Assembly (NCBI GenBank): GCA_965601925.1
Contig: OZ271854.1
Span: 2,528,001-2,592,000 of the forward strand
From: Alkalispirochaeta sp.
GTDB taxonomy: Bacteria > Spirochaetota > Spirochaetia > DSM-27196 > Alkalispirochaetaceae
Length of the DNA stretch: 64,000 bases
Direction: 5' to 3'
Part shown: positions 41,336 to 50,819 of the stretch, piece by piece
Position numbering within the stretch: position 1 is the stretch's first letter
Layout: each line of letters opens with the position of its first letter
Notes under the pieces: model-generated
The model's input: only the letters and a program-made list of their open reading frames with translations
Told to the model about the DNA's origin: nothing
Databases searched by the model: none
Position numbers and translations under genes: made by a program

Positions 41336-43576
41336 CTACCACTGGTACCCGTCACCGCCGACGGTAAAGGCGGGACCCAGAAGCACGTAGGCCAAAGCGC
41401 GGAAGTCTTCATTCATCGAGACTCCGATGTTGAGCTCTCCCAAAATCGTGTTGAATGCAAGGGCGGCTCGCGCTCCGGCAATCGCCTCAAACTCAACGAT
41501 CTCGTCGATATCTTCGGTCCAGATGCGTCCGACGTTACCGCCGATGCGAATGTACGCCTCCTCGCCGATGCCGAGCGGAAGATCGAAGATGGCGATGCGG
41601 AGGTCCGCACCGAGCCCGACGACGTGGTTGCCGCGCAGTTCGTTGTAGTAGTAGCCCTCGAAGATTTCTGCGCCGCCGGTGGAAAACTGCTCGTATTCGG
41701 GTAGCCCGGAGTCGAAGTCGGTGCCCAGTGCGCCGCGAATCTGCACGTTCAGCACGCGACCGAGGGGGATGAAATGTCGCGTCGATATCCCGAAGCGATC
41801 GTTCGCCGACTCTTCTTCGTCGTCATAGCGCCACCGATATCCGATGGTCGTCTCGCCCCCGCGATTCGGAAAGATCGGACGGTCGAGGTCGTCGAAGCGT
41901 AACTGCCCGCTCACCCCGACCCTCAGGGCGTCGATCTCTTCAATTTGATCGACTCCCTGCACGCGATCCAAGGCGAACTGCTCGACGAATCCCGATACGA
42001 CCACCAATGCGCGGCGTAGTGCGGTGAAATCGAATCCCAGCTCGGCGCCGGTCCGGCTCTGTAGATAGAGCGACTCCACCGTTCTTCCGTCGTAGAAGAT
42101 CAGTGGGGGTGCCAATGAGTAGGCGCCGATCGTGGCGCGCAGCGAGGCTATCACTGCGCCCGATACGGTGATACGGGCCTGAGGAACCTCGGTGAGCCAG
42201 ATGTCGGTCTCCAATAGTCCCCGTTCGGTGTTCATGCGGGAGCGGTAATTGAGGTTGAGTATCGAGCGATCGTTAACCTCGCCGTCAAGCGAAGAGCGAA
42301 ACCCGATACCGAGGCGTACCTCCGAATCGAAGGGCCGTTGAATGACGGCGTAGAGCACCACGTCATGCGCTCCGTCCTCGCGGCGAATTAGATCGTAAGA
42401 AACGTATTCGTACGCCCCGCCGTCGTAGAGGGCGTATATCGTCTCGCGGAGCTCCTCCCGGGTGAACCGCCCGTTGCGCAAGACGCGGCGCAACGCCTCG
42501 AGCTCCTCGGTGATGGGGTTCTCGAACGGAAACTCGATGCGCACGTCTCGTATCTGAAGATACTCGTCACGCCGTGAGGTCGGCGGCTCGTCGATCGTCC
42601 GAGGCGATTCCGCCGTCCCGTCGGATACCGTAGCGTCGAGGCGTTCTCTCAGCGCAACCAACTCGTCCCGCATCTCCAGTGCCGCCTGACGTCCCACCTC
42701 TACCAGCTCCAACGCGGAGCCGAAGTCCGTCGTCGTGTACTCCCGAAGATCGGGAGCGATGACGATGTCGGCAAGCTCCAGATTCCGCGAGAGTATCCGA
42801 CGGCGTAGAATCATATTGGACTGATCGGCAATCGTGAAGATATCGCGCAGCTCCTCGATATCGCGATCCGTCGTGATGAGGCTGACGGCGATGGTCGTAT
42901 GCGCGCCGAGATCGACCACGGCGTCGACCGGCAGGTTGTTTACCCAGCCGCCGTCGATCAGATAACGCCCGTCGTAGTACAGGGGCGACACCACTCCCGG
43001 TACGGCCATGCTCGCCCGAACGGCGCTTTTGAGGTCGCCGGACGTAAAGACGATCTCCTCGCCCGATACGAGGTCGGTCGCGACGATAGCAAGGGATCGC
43101 GGCAGATCCCGAAAGTCCTCGACGTCGGCGTGGTCTTCCAGCAGCTCGTCGAGAAACTCCACGACATTCTGCCCCGCCGACAAGCCGGAACGTCCCAACA
43201 ACGCACCGTCTGCAAAGCGGAGAGAGAAGCGATACCGGCGCGTCGATTCTTTGGCGTCGTAGTCGAGATATTCCCGGATAGGCGTATCGAAGAACAGGGC
43301 GTTCCAGTCGACCTCCTCCACGATGCGGAGGAGCTCCTCGACGGTGTATCCCGCGGCGTACAGCGATCCCACGATGCTCCCGATACTCGTGCCGGAGACG
43401 TACTGCGGATCAAAGCCGAGCTCTTCCAAGACGGTTATCACGCCCAAGTGCGCAAACCCGAGCGCCCCGCCGCCGGCCAACGCCAAACCCAGCCCCTCTT
43501 GTGCCGATACCGTAGGCGGATGGCTCGCCGCGGAGAGTGCGAATAGTAGAAAACCTGCGGTTAGAAATCGTTTCAT
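41336..43576 (-). CDS. Patatin-like phospholipase fused to POTRA-like and beta-barrel domains (PlpD-like)
   Basis: Signal peptide, LAGGGALG, GTSIG, RASMAVPG, DGG; C-terminal DDLDRPIFPNRG and amphipathic strands. Confidence 0.85.
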   Translation of the reverse strand: MKRFLTAGFLLFALSAASHPPTVSAQEGLGLALAGGGALGFAHLGVITVLEELGFDPQYVSGTSIGSIVGSLYAAGYTVEELLRIVEEVDWNALFFDTPIREYLDYDAKESTRRYRFSLRFADGALLGRSGLSAGQNVVEFLDELLEDHADVEDFRDLPRSLAIVATDLVSGEEIVFTSGDLKSAVRASMAVPGVVSPLYYDGRYLIDGGWVNNLPVDAVVDLGAHTTIAVSLITTDRDIEELRDIFTIADQSNMILRRRILSRNLELADIVIAPDLREYTTTDFGSALELVEVGRQAALEMRDELVALRERLDATVSDGTAESPRTIDEPPTSRRDEYLQIRDVRIEFPFENPITEELEALRRVLRNGRFTREELRETIYALYDGGAYEYVSYDLIRREDGAHDVVLYAVIQRPFDSEVRLGIGFRSSLDGEVNDRSILNLNYRSRMNTERGLLETDIWLTEVPQARITVSGAVIASLRATIGAYSLAPPLIFYDGRTVESLYLQSRTGAELGFDFTALRRALVVVSGFVEQFALDRVQGVDQIEEIDALRVGVSGQLRFDDLDRPIFPNRGGETTIGYRWRYDDEEESANDRFGISTRHFIPLGRVLNVQIRGALGTDFDSGLPEYEQFSTGGAEIFEGYYYNELRGNHVVGLGADLRIAIFDLPLGIGEEAYIRIGGNVGRIWTEDIDEIVEFEAIAGARAALAFNTILGELNIGVSMNEDFRALAYVLLGPAFTVGGDGYQW

Positions 43577-43870
43577 GGGTGAGGTTCACACACTAATTCG
43601 TCGACGCCGGTGTGGTCAAGGAACGATGTGTTCCAAGCGTATTCGGGTGCGCGCTCACCGACTCGGCGAGGTCTCCGGGAGACCATTCATGTTGCCTCGC
43701 CCCGGCGCACCGACGCGTCTGCGCGGCGCTACGCGTTCGGGTTTCTCCGGCGCGTAGTCCGCCCGGCGCGATCCGGACGAACGATGTGATTGCAAATGAG
43801 AGCACAATCGGCCGCAACGACGCCGGAAACCCGGCCATACGCGAGCGCCAAATGGCGGTGCCGCTCGCGT

Positions 43871-45148
43871 CTACGGACAGCCCAGAGCGGCATCCTCTAC
43901 ACCGTAGAAACTGCGCGCTATGTACCACAGCTTCTTTTCCAAGTTGGTGTAGGAGAAGTATTTCAGGGCGAGATCGTAGTTCACCTCGACCATCTTCTCC
44001 GCGAGGCTCGGGTTATCCAGTACCTCGACGGTGCGCCGGATCGTCTCGTTCGAGACGAAATCGTCCATCTCGACGACACGGAACCCGAGCGGTTTGATGT
44101 CGTGGGAGTAAATCGAATAGTTGTTGACGACGATCGGTTTACGGAAATAGACCGCCTCCAGAAAGGCGTTCCCGAACCCCTCGAAGATCGACGGATACGT
44201 AACGAGATCGGCGTGGGGGTACACATCCTGCAGACTATATATCTTGCGTCCGTCGGAGGTCGTATCGCGTCGATCACCGATAACATCGTCGACGAAGATC
44301 GCTCGGATTCCCAACAACTCGGCGTATTCTTTTACTCGCGTCTGATATTCGTACCCCTCGTCTCCTGAGGCGTGCGAGATTACCAGCGCCGCCTTGCGAC
44401 CCAATCGAGCCACCAACTCGATGGCGTGTTCGATACCCTTCCGCTGGACGACGCGCGTCGGTTGTAAAATGAACAGTTCGTCGTCCGCGACACCTAACGC
44501 CCGGCGTACATCTTCGTTGTATTCGTCCAGCCCCGGGGCCGGCGTCTCGAAGTCCATCACGTTGGGAATGAGCGTGGAGCTGATACCGGTGCGCAGCGCG
44601 AGTTGGTTTTGTCCCGACGTGTTGATAACGACGTGGTGAACGTTGGGCAAGTGCGGTGGGAAGCAACTGTTGAGATAGTCCCACACGCAGTTGACCAGAA
44701 ACCGTTTACGCTCCCAAAAAAAATCGTGGTGGTGAGCGATCGTGTGAGTACCCGTCTCGGCGATGAACTCGGTAATCGCCATTCCCAGCGGTACGTTGAG
44801 CGGAATCGTAACTGCGTTTTCGGGGACGAGAATATCGATGTTGAATCGTTCGGCGAACTCGTACAGCGACGCCTTTATCTTTTCGCGGTGGTCGTGCAAC
44901 GTATGGGTGAGCTCTGCGGGGCGTACGGTGTTGGAGAAGCACGCCCGATAGGTGGAGCGGACATTCGGCTCTTGGAAATGAAAGTACGGCGCAAGCATAC
45001 TGTTGTCTTCCGGCGTATCCAGCTCACCGCCCAGGTAATAACAACTGCACCCGTTTCGCTCGAAGATGTCGGCCCACTTTTTGGTTTCAAGCGAGACCCC
45101 GTCGGTTCCGGCGATCCTGAATGAGACAAAGCCGATACGTTTATTCAT
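43871..45148 (-). CDS. GT4 glycosyltransferase, mannosylglucosylglycerate synthase-like
   Basis: RIAGTDGVSLETKKW, HHHDFFWER, PTRVVQRKGIE, YPSIFEGFGNAFLEA. Confidence 0.8.
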   Translation of the reverse strand: MNKRIGFVSFRIAGTDGVSLETKKWADIFERNGCSCYYLGGELDTPEDNSMLAPYFHFQEPNVRSTYRACFSNTVRPAELTHTLHDHREKIKASLYEFAERFNIDILVPENAVTIPLNVPLGMAITEFIAETGTHTIAHHHDFFWERKRFLVNCVWDYLNSCFPPHLPNVHHVVINTSGQNQLALRTGISSTLIPNVMDFETPAPGLDEYNEDVRRALGVADDELFILQPTRVVQRKGIEHAIELVARLGRKAALVISHASGDEGYEYQTRVKEYAELLGIRAIFVDDVIGDRRDTTSDGRKIYSLQDVYPHADLVTYPSIFEGFGNAFLEAVYFRKPIVVNNYSIYSHDIKPLGFRVVEMDDFVSNETIRRTVEVLDNPSLAEKMVEVNYDLALKYFSYTNLEKKLWYIARSFYGVEDAALGCP

Positions 45149-45220
45149 GTAGGAAAGTGTAGGATGGGATCGGTATCCGTGCAACCTTGGGTATCCTCCG
45201 CGTCCCGCCTAAGAATCTAT

Positions 45221-45946
45221 CTAATGAAACTCGCTATACCGCACACCGTCCTGATCGATCTCCCGCAGTAGCGCGAGCTCCTCCTGCGCGGGCGGCGACA
45301 GTTCCGCGCAATCGGCCGTCTCTGCGATGGGAAAGGCGGTGTTGCGGCGTATCTCGTCGCGATTGGAGTAGGGAAACCACCCCGCCAGACGCAGCTCGCC
45401 GTCCTCTACGCGCAACAGCCCCAACGGGGAGACGACCTCGCGGACATTACCGGCCGCGGTGACGAAGTCGCACCGGTCTGGAAAGCTGCGCCGGTCGTGG
45501 CGCGTACGCCATACGATGGTACGGCGGGCGGTGGGGACGATTGCGGCGCTCCCCGCACCTCCCGGGAGCTTGACCTTGGGTGCATCGAAGCGTCCGATAA
45601 CGCTGTTGTTTATGTTCCCTAACCGATCGATCTGCACGCCCCCCAAAAACGCGACGTCCAGCCGCCCGCGCGCCGAGAGGTCGAAGATATCGACGAGGGA
45701 AAAGAACGATTCGCTTCCTTCGAGAAAACGCGGGGAGCATGTTGAGCTGTCCAGCCGGGTGGGGTCGATGTTTACCCCGCCGGCGATGTTGAGATACAGA
45801 AGCGATCGGTTATGCATGCGCCGCGCCAGTGCGATAGCGACCGCCGGCAGAGGACTTGCAAGGCCGTGAAAGACGGTCTGCGCACCCTTGAGAAGCCGCG
45901 CCATCGTCACCGCCATAGCGTCACCCACAGTTGTTGTATCGATCAT
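45221..45946 (-). CDS. CoA-transferase family I beta-subunit-like protein (GctB/AibB-like)
   Basis: GRLDVAFLGGVQIDRLGNIN, KLPGGAGS; canonical ExG catalytic motif replaced by NIAG. Confidence 0.8.
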   Translation of the reverse strand: MIDTTTVGDAMAVTMARLLKGAQTVFHGLASPLPAVAIALARRMHNRSLLYLNIAGGVNIDPTRLDSSTCSPRFLEGSESFFSLVDIFDLSARGRLDVAFLGGVQIDRLGNINNSVIGRFDAPKVKLPGGAGSAAIVPTARRTIVWRTRHDRRSFPDRCDFVTAAGNVREVVSPLGLLRVEDGELRLAGWFPYSNRDEIRRNTAFPIAETADCAELSPPAQEELALLREIDQDGVRYSEFH

Positions 45947-46752
45947 TGTTCGCCATCCAAGAGACGGGCCAACGACTCCTCGTCGGCCGCCTCGATCAAA
46001 CTCGTTACGCCCTCCTCGTCGATCTCATACTCGCCGTAACAGCTCCCCGGCGCCGCGCCGCGTGGGGCGTGTACTACGGCATTGACCAGTACCGACGGGA
46101 TATCCACGTGATCCACGGGGACGGGAAGATCCGCCGTCTCGACGATATGTTCCGCGGTCAGCACTACCGTCCGCGCCGCGCGGGCCATAATGAGATCCTC
46201 GTTCTTTGAGCCCACGATGACGCCGTTTCCGGTCGTGTCGGCGTACTGGACGTGCATGACGGCCATGTCTGGAACGATGGCGGGTATCACTACGACGTGC
46301 TCCGTCTCGTCGTACGGATCGGCGATACGGCGGAACGATCGCGCCTCCACCAGATCGCTTCCGTCCAATCCGCGTACCGGAAGAAATCCCAGACCGTAGG
46401 ACGCCGCTCGCAGAGCGGCGATCACCGTATAGCAGGCGTGTTCCCGTGCCTTCACCGCGCCGGACTCTACCGCTCTTCGGTAGTGTCGAGCGAGGCCGAA
46501 GCGAGACTCGTATCCCACGAATCCCGCCGACACGTCGGTCACCATTCCCGCGAGGCACAATAGATCGATATCCCACGCTCCGGCGGTCTTGACGATATGG
46601 AGTTTAAGGTCGCCCCGGCGATGGCGCGCCAACGCTCTGATGAAGGAGTGGGGTACACGATGGAGGCTATTGCCGCCGACGGCGAGGGTCCTTGATCCCG
46701 GCTCGAGAAGTGCCGCGGCGCTACGCATGGAAGTGACTCGTGACGACGTCAT
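45943..46752 (-). CDS. CoA-transferase family I alpha-subunit-like protein (GctA/AibA-like)
   Basis: AVGG..LHRVP, LRAASYGLGFLP, GSDL, PAIVPDMAVMHVQYADTTGN, TAEHIV, APRGAAPGSC; ATGA coupling to the beta gene. Confidence 0.82.
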   Translation of the reverse strand: MTSSRVTSMRSAAALLEPGSRTLAVGGNSLHRVPHSFIRALARHRRGDLKLHIVKTAGAWDIDLLCLAGMVTDVSAGFVGYESRFGLARHYRRAVESGAVKAREHACYTVIAALRAASYGLGFLPVRGLDGSDLVEARSFRRIADPYDETEHVVVIPAIVPDMAVMHVQYADTTGNGVIVGSKNEDLIMARAARTVVLTAEHIVETADLPVPVDHVDIPSVLVNAVVHAPRGAAPGSCYGEYEIDEEGVTSLIEAADEESLARLLDGEQ

Positions 46753-46835
46753 GGACGCATTATACCACTATTTCGGAAATATATAGTCTTAAACGTGCAT
46801 GTTTTTCGCCATTAACAAGCCGCAAAAGATGATGA

Positions 46836-46887
46836 ATGTGGTTTTGTGTGTTTTTTTGTTGACATCAGGTATAACCGGACCTACAAT
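46836..46887 (+). promoter_or_regulatory. BMC operon sigma70 promoter with upstream ATGTGGTTTT box
   Basis: TTGACA(46859)-17-TACAAT(46882); motif at 46836-46845. Confidence 0.75.
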
Positions 46888-46922
46888 CACATGCAACGCA
46901 CGTTGGAGGTGCCGGAGGACGC

Positions 46923-47633
46923 ATGGTAGAGCTTTTGACGTACGCCTACTTGGACCGGTTGCAACCGCAATTTACCGCATTCGTCGCGACGATCGCCAAG
47001 GGGTACCTACCCCTTTCGGGGCAGGCGAGCCTTTGGGTCGAGATCCGCCCCGGCATGGATATCAACCGTCTGACCGACATCGCCCTCAAATCCAATGATG
47101 TGCAGCCCGGTATCATGTATGTGGAGCGCGCCGCGGGTGTGCTTGAGTTCCACAGCTACGACCAAGGCGCGGTCACCGAGGCGGGACACGCAATCCTCGC
47201 ATCCCTCGGCATGACGGTCGAAGATCGTCACAAGCCGGAGCTGGTTGGGTTGGAGACGGTGAAGAACGTCACGGACTTTCAGTGTCAGCTTATCAACCGT
47301 ATGCGTCACGGCAACATGATCCTGCCGGGCGAGACGCTGTTGACTATCGAGACGCAGCCGGCTTCCTACGCCGCATTGGCAGCCAACGAGGCGGAGAAGG
47401 CGGCGCGTATCAATATTCTCGAGGTGCGCGCAATCGGCGCCTTCGGGCGTGTCTATATCGGCGGTGAGGAGGGTGAAGTCCTGGCCGCCAAAGATGCGGC
47501 CGAACGCGCCGTCGGCGATATTGCCGGTCAAGGGCGCCTAAAGGAGATCACGAACCATTGGGTAATGGCGGGTAGAGACGATTCAACGGACGGCAAAGGA
47601 GACGCAAGGATATGGCGGATGCACTGGGGATGA
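46923..47633 (+). CDS. BMC shell trimer, double-stacking (BMC-Tdp, CcmP-like)
   Basis: [51 protein letters not shown]. Confidence 0.88.
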   Translation: MVELLTYAYLDRLQPQFTAFVATIAKGYLPLSGQASLWVEIRPGMDINRLTDIALKSNDVQPGIMYVERAAGVLEFHSYDQGAVTEAGHAILASLGMTVEDRHKPELVGLETVKNVTDFQCQLINRMRHGNMILPGETLLTIETQPASYAALAANEAEKAARINILEVRAIGAFGRVYIGGEEGEVLAAKDAAERAVGDIAGQGRLKEITNHWVMAGRDDSTDGKGDARIWRMHWG

Positions 47634-47911
47634 TCGAAGCGCAAGGATTTGTCGGCATGGTTGAGGCGGCCGACGCGATGGTCAAAGCCGCTAAGGTGGA
47701 GCTTGTCGGATACGAGAAGACCGGGGGCGGATACGTGACGGCGATCGTGCGCGGAGATGTCGCGGCGGTAAAGGCCGCCACCGAAGCGGGAGCCAAAAGC
47801 GCCGAGCGCGTCGGACGACTGGTGAGCGTTCACGTCATTCCGCGGCCTCACGAGAACGTCGATACGGCGCTCCCTCTGGGGCGTCAGGAACGCGGAAAAG
47901 GCGAGAAGTAA
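47612..47911 (+). CDS. BMC shell hexamer (BMC-H)
   Basis: [32 protein letters not shown] pore, [17 protein letters not shown]; 99 aa. Confidence 0.97.
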   Translation: MADALGMIEAQGFVGMVEAADAMVKAAKVELVGYEKTGGGYVTAIVRGDVAAVKAATEAGAKSAERVGRLVSVHVIPRPHENVDTALPLGRQERGKGEK

Positions 47912-47923
47912 GGAGCGTGGACG

Positions 47924-48211
47924 GTGAATCTGGCCCGAGTCGTCGGTACGGTGGTTGCTACGCAAAAGGAACCATCGATGGTCGGGAGTACGTTTCTCGT
48001 CTTGGAGCGCTTGGCTCACGACCTGCAATCTGCCGGCGAGTTCGTCGTTGCCGTTGACGCCGTCGGCGCGGGGGAGTCTGAGGTCGTCCTATACGCCACG
48101 GGTTCGTCGGCGCGGCAAACCGCGGTGACGCGTGATCGACCGGCGGACGCGGTCGTGATGGCGATCGTCGACTCGTTTTCCATCGGCGACCGTACGGTGT
48201 TTAGGAAGTAG
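47924..48211 (+). CDS. BMC shell pentamer (BMC-P, EutN/CcmL family)
   Basis: ARVVGTVVATQK, VAVDAVGAG, GSSAR, DAVVMAIVD. Confidence 0.93.
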   Translation: MNLARVVGTVVATQKEPSMVGSTFLVLERLAHDLQSAGEFVVAVDAVGAGESEVVLYATGSSARQTAVTRDRPADAVVMAIVDSFSIGDRTVFRK

Positions 48212-48221
48212 CGGGGAGAGC

Positions 48222-49685
48222 ATGCTCTTACACGAACGCCATCTTGAACAAATCGTCGAACGGGTCGTCTCTCGCCTGACCGAAGAGGGAGTCGGAAGGT
48301 CCGCCGGACGCGTCGTCGCGAATCGAACGCATGAGGGCGCTTCGTTGCGTGATGTGCCGCATCTCGGCGTCTTTCGTGATATTGAGTCAGCCGTTGCCGC
48401 GGCGCAATCCGCCTCGCGAGAACTCTCTCGGCTACCCCTCGCTCGCCGGGATGAGATCGTCGGCGCGATGCGGCGTACCGCTCTGGATCACCTCGAGCTC
48501 CTCGCCGGGACGGCGCGGGAAGAGACCGGTATGGGTCGCGTCGAAGATAAGGTCGAGAAGAACCGCCTCGTCGCCGAGAAGACGCCGGGTGTCGAGGCGT
48601 TGGCTACCGCCGCGACGACCGGCGATCTCGGGATCACCCTCGATGCGCGCGCTCCGTACGGAGTGATCGGCGCCATCATTCCCAGCACCAATCCGACCGA
48701 GACGGTGATCAACAACGGTATCGGAATGTTCGCCGCCGGGAACGCCGTCGTCTTTAACCCGCATCCCGCCGCGGCGCGGTGCTCTTTGGCGATCATGAGT
48801 ATGCTCAATCGCGCCATCGCCGAGGGCGGCGGGCCGGAGCACTCCTTCGTCGCCGTAGAGGAACCGACGATCGATACTGCCACGGCGATTATGCGCGACC
48901 GGGACGTTCCCTTCTTGGCGGTCACCGGATCCGAGGGCGTCGTTGCCGCGGCCATGCAGAGCGGCAAGAAGGTCGTGGCGGCGGGGCCGGGCAATCCGCC
49001 GGCGGTCGTGGACGAGAGCGCCGACATCTCGAAGGCCGCCCGCGATATTCTGGCCGGTGGCTCCCTCGACAATAACATCATTTGCATCGCCGAGAAGGTC
49101 ACCGTCGTCGTCGAGGCGGTCGCCCGGCAGCTGGTAGAGGAGATGGGGAGGGCCGGTGCGTACTGCGCCTCGGCCAACCAAATTCGGCAGCTGCAGAATG
49201 TGTTGTTCGCCCGCGAGCCCGAGCCCGGGCGTCACACGCCGGTACGTCGCGAGTTCGTCGGGCGCGACGCGCGCGTGCTTTTGGAGGCGATCGGTACGCG
49301 CGTCGACGGCGATCCGCGGCTGATCTTGTGTGAGGTCTCACCGGATCACCCTTTTGCATGGACGGAGATGTTGATGCCGGTGATGCCCATCGTGCGGGTG
49401 CGCGACGTCGGCGAGGCGATAGACTACGCGGTCGCGGTTGAGGGTGGGAATCGACACACCGCGAGTATGCATTCCCGTAATATCGACGTCCTCACTGAAA
49501 TGGGGCGACGAATCGGCTGTTCGGTCTATGTGAAAAACGGCCCCAACTACGCCGGCTTGGGCTTAGGCGGCGAAGGAATCACCTCCTTCACCATCGCCTC
49601 TCGCACCGGCGACGGCCTCACCACCGCTCGGACCTTCTCCCGCGCCCAGCGCTGCGCCCTGGTCGGAAACTACGGCATCGTATGA
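48222..49685 (+). CDS. CoA-acylating aldehyde dehydrogenase (PduP/EutE family) with N-terminal encapsulation peptide
   Basis: ETGMGR, PSTNPTET, AAGPGNPP, DNNIICIAEK (catalytic Cys), EMLMP, HTASMHS, VKNGP, GLGGEG; N-terminal LEQIVERVVSRL helix plus linker. Confidence 0.93.
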   Translation: MLLHERHLEQIVERVVSRLTEEGVGRSAGRVVANRTHEGASLRDVPHLGVFRDIESAVAAAQSASRELSRLPLARRDEIVGAMRRTALDHLELLAGTAREETGMGRVEDKVEKNRLVAEKTPGVEALATAATTGDLGITLDARAPYGVIGAIIPSTNPTETVINNGIGMFAAGNAVVFNPHPAAARCSLAIMSMLNRAIAEGGGPEHSFVAVEEPTIDTATAIMRDRDVPFLAVTGSEGVVAAAMQSGKKVVAAGPGNPPAVVDESADISKAARDILAGGSLDNNIICIAEKVTVVVEAVARQLVEEMGRAGAYCASANQIRQLQNVLFAREPEPGRHTPVRREFVGRDARVLLEAIGTRVDGDPRLILCEVSPDHPFAWTEMLMPVMPIVRVRDVGEAIDYAVAVEGGNRHTASMHSRNIDVLTEMGRRIGCSVYVKNGPNYAGLGLGGEGITSFTIASRTGDGLTTARTFSRAQRCALVGNYGIV

Positions 49686-49692
49686 GGCGCAT

Positions 49693-50274
49693 ATGGCGTA
49701 TCGACTGACCATCGTACCGACGCCCGAGACGTTCGGCGCTCTGGAGTTGACCGGCATCGCCCGTGGATACGCGGTGGTAGATCGGATGCTCAAAAAGGCG
49801 CCAGTACGCCTCTTGGACGCCCGCGCATACTGTCCCGGAAAGTTTTTGATCGCAATATCCGGCGACGTCGCCTCCGTAGAAGAGGCGCTGGGGACCGGTA
49901 GTCGCCACGCCGGCGAGGCGCTCTTCGGTACCCTATGTGTCGCAAACATCAACCCGGGAGTCATTGCAGCGATCAACCGCGAGGCTGCGTGTGAGGTCGA
50001 CGACACGCTCGGTGTTGTGGAGAGTTTTTCCGCGGTATCGATCATCGACGCCGCCGACGGTGCGGTCAAAGAGGCGGACGTCGCGATTCACAGCATCAGT
50101 CTGCTGCAGGGGCTCGGCGGCAAGGCGTTTGCGCTGTTTGCCGGAGAGCTTTCGGAGGTTACCGCGGCGATCGAGGCGGCGCGGCGGCGCATACCCGGCG
50201 ATATGCTCGTGGAGGCTCAGATAATCCCCGAGATTTCGCCGGACGTCGCGCGGTTTCTACCGGGGAGGGAGTGA
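49693..50274 (+). CDS. BMC shell trimer, single-layer (BMC-Ts, PduT-like)
   Basis: GALEL..IARG..VVDRMLKKA, CPGKFL, GDVASV, second domain AADGAVKEA..GLGGK. Confidence 0.88.
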   Translation: MAYRLTIVPTPETFGALELTGIARGYAVVDRMLKKAPVRLLDARAYCPGKFLIAISGDVASVEEALGTGSRHAGEALFGTLCVANINPGVIAAINREAACEVDDTLGVVESFSAVSIIDAADGAVKEADVAIHSISLLQGLGGKAFALFAGELSEVTAAIEAARRRIPGDMLVEAQIIPEISPDVARFLPGRE

Positions 50275-50275
50275 C

Positions 50276-50545
50276 GTGTTTTTGGGACGGGCGATGGGTG
50301 TCGTTGAGGTTACAGTTGCGTGCGACGGCCTATCGGGGGTGCCGTTGTTGTGGGTGCAGCCAGAACGATCCGACGGCGCGCCGGCCGGCTCCGCAATCGT
50401 GGTCGCCGATTCGACCTACCGTGCCGGTCCGGGAGATCGCGTGTATATCGTCGACGGGCGGGAGGCGACCTTTCCGCTTCCCTCGCCGTTTGTCCCCGTC
50501 GACGCGACGATCGTCGGAATCGTCGACGAAGTGGATTGCCCATGA
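50276..50545 (+). CDS. BMC shell pentamer (BMC-P)
   Basis: MFLGRAMG, LLWVQP, VVAD…AGPGD, GREA, PVDATIVGIVD. Confidence 0.85.
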   Translation: MFLGRAMGVVEVTVACDGLSGVPLLWVQPERSDGAPAGSAIVVADSTYRAGPGDRVYIVDGREATFPLPSPFVPVDATIVGIVDEVDCP

Positions 50546-50817
50546 GATTGGGAGTCGTGCGCGGAACGGTTACCGCGACCGTAAAGCATCCCCATTACGA
50601 CGGTCGGCGGCTCTTGGTGGTCGCGCTGTGCGACCCTGCGGGGAACGCCGCCGGTAAAGAGACTGTGGCCGTCGATACGGTCGAGGCGGGAGTCGGGGAC
50701 CGCGTCTTGGTCCTGAAGGAGGGCAACTCGGCGCGGGCCGTGTTGGGATTGGATAAGCCCGCAGTGCAGGAGATGATTGTGGCGATCGTCGATTATGTGG
50801 AAGTAAGAGGAGCGTAG
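50542..50817 (+). CDS. BMC shell pentamer (BMC-P)
   Basis: MRLGVVRGTVTATVKH, VAVDTVEAGVGDRVLV, EGNSAR, IVAIVD; ATGA overlap with the previous gene. Confidence 0.9.
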   Translation: MRLGVVRGTVTATVKHPHYDGRRLLVVALCDPAGNAAGKETVAVDTVEAGVGDRVLVLKEGNSARAVLGLDKPAVQEMIVAIVDYVEVRGA

Positions 50818-50819
50818 CG

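Noticed and set aside
47530..47633. C-terminal extension of the BMC-Tdp overlapping the BMC-H start
   Set aside because: It may simply reflect a shifted stop codon; there is no evidence of function.
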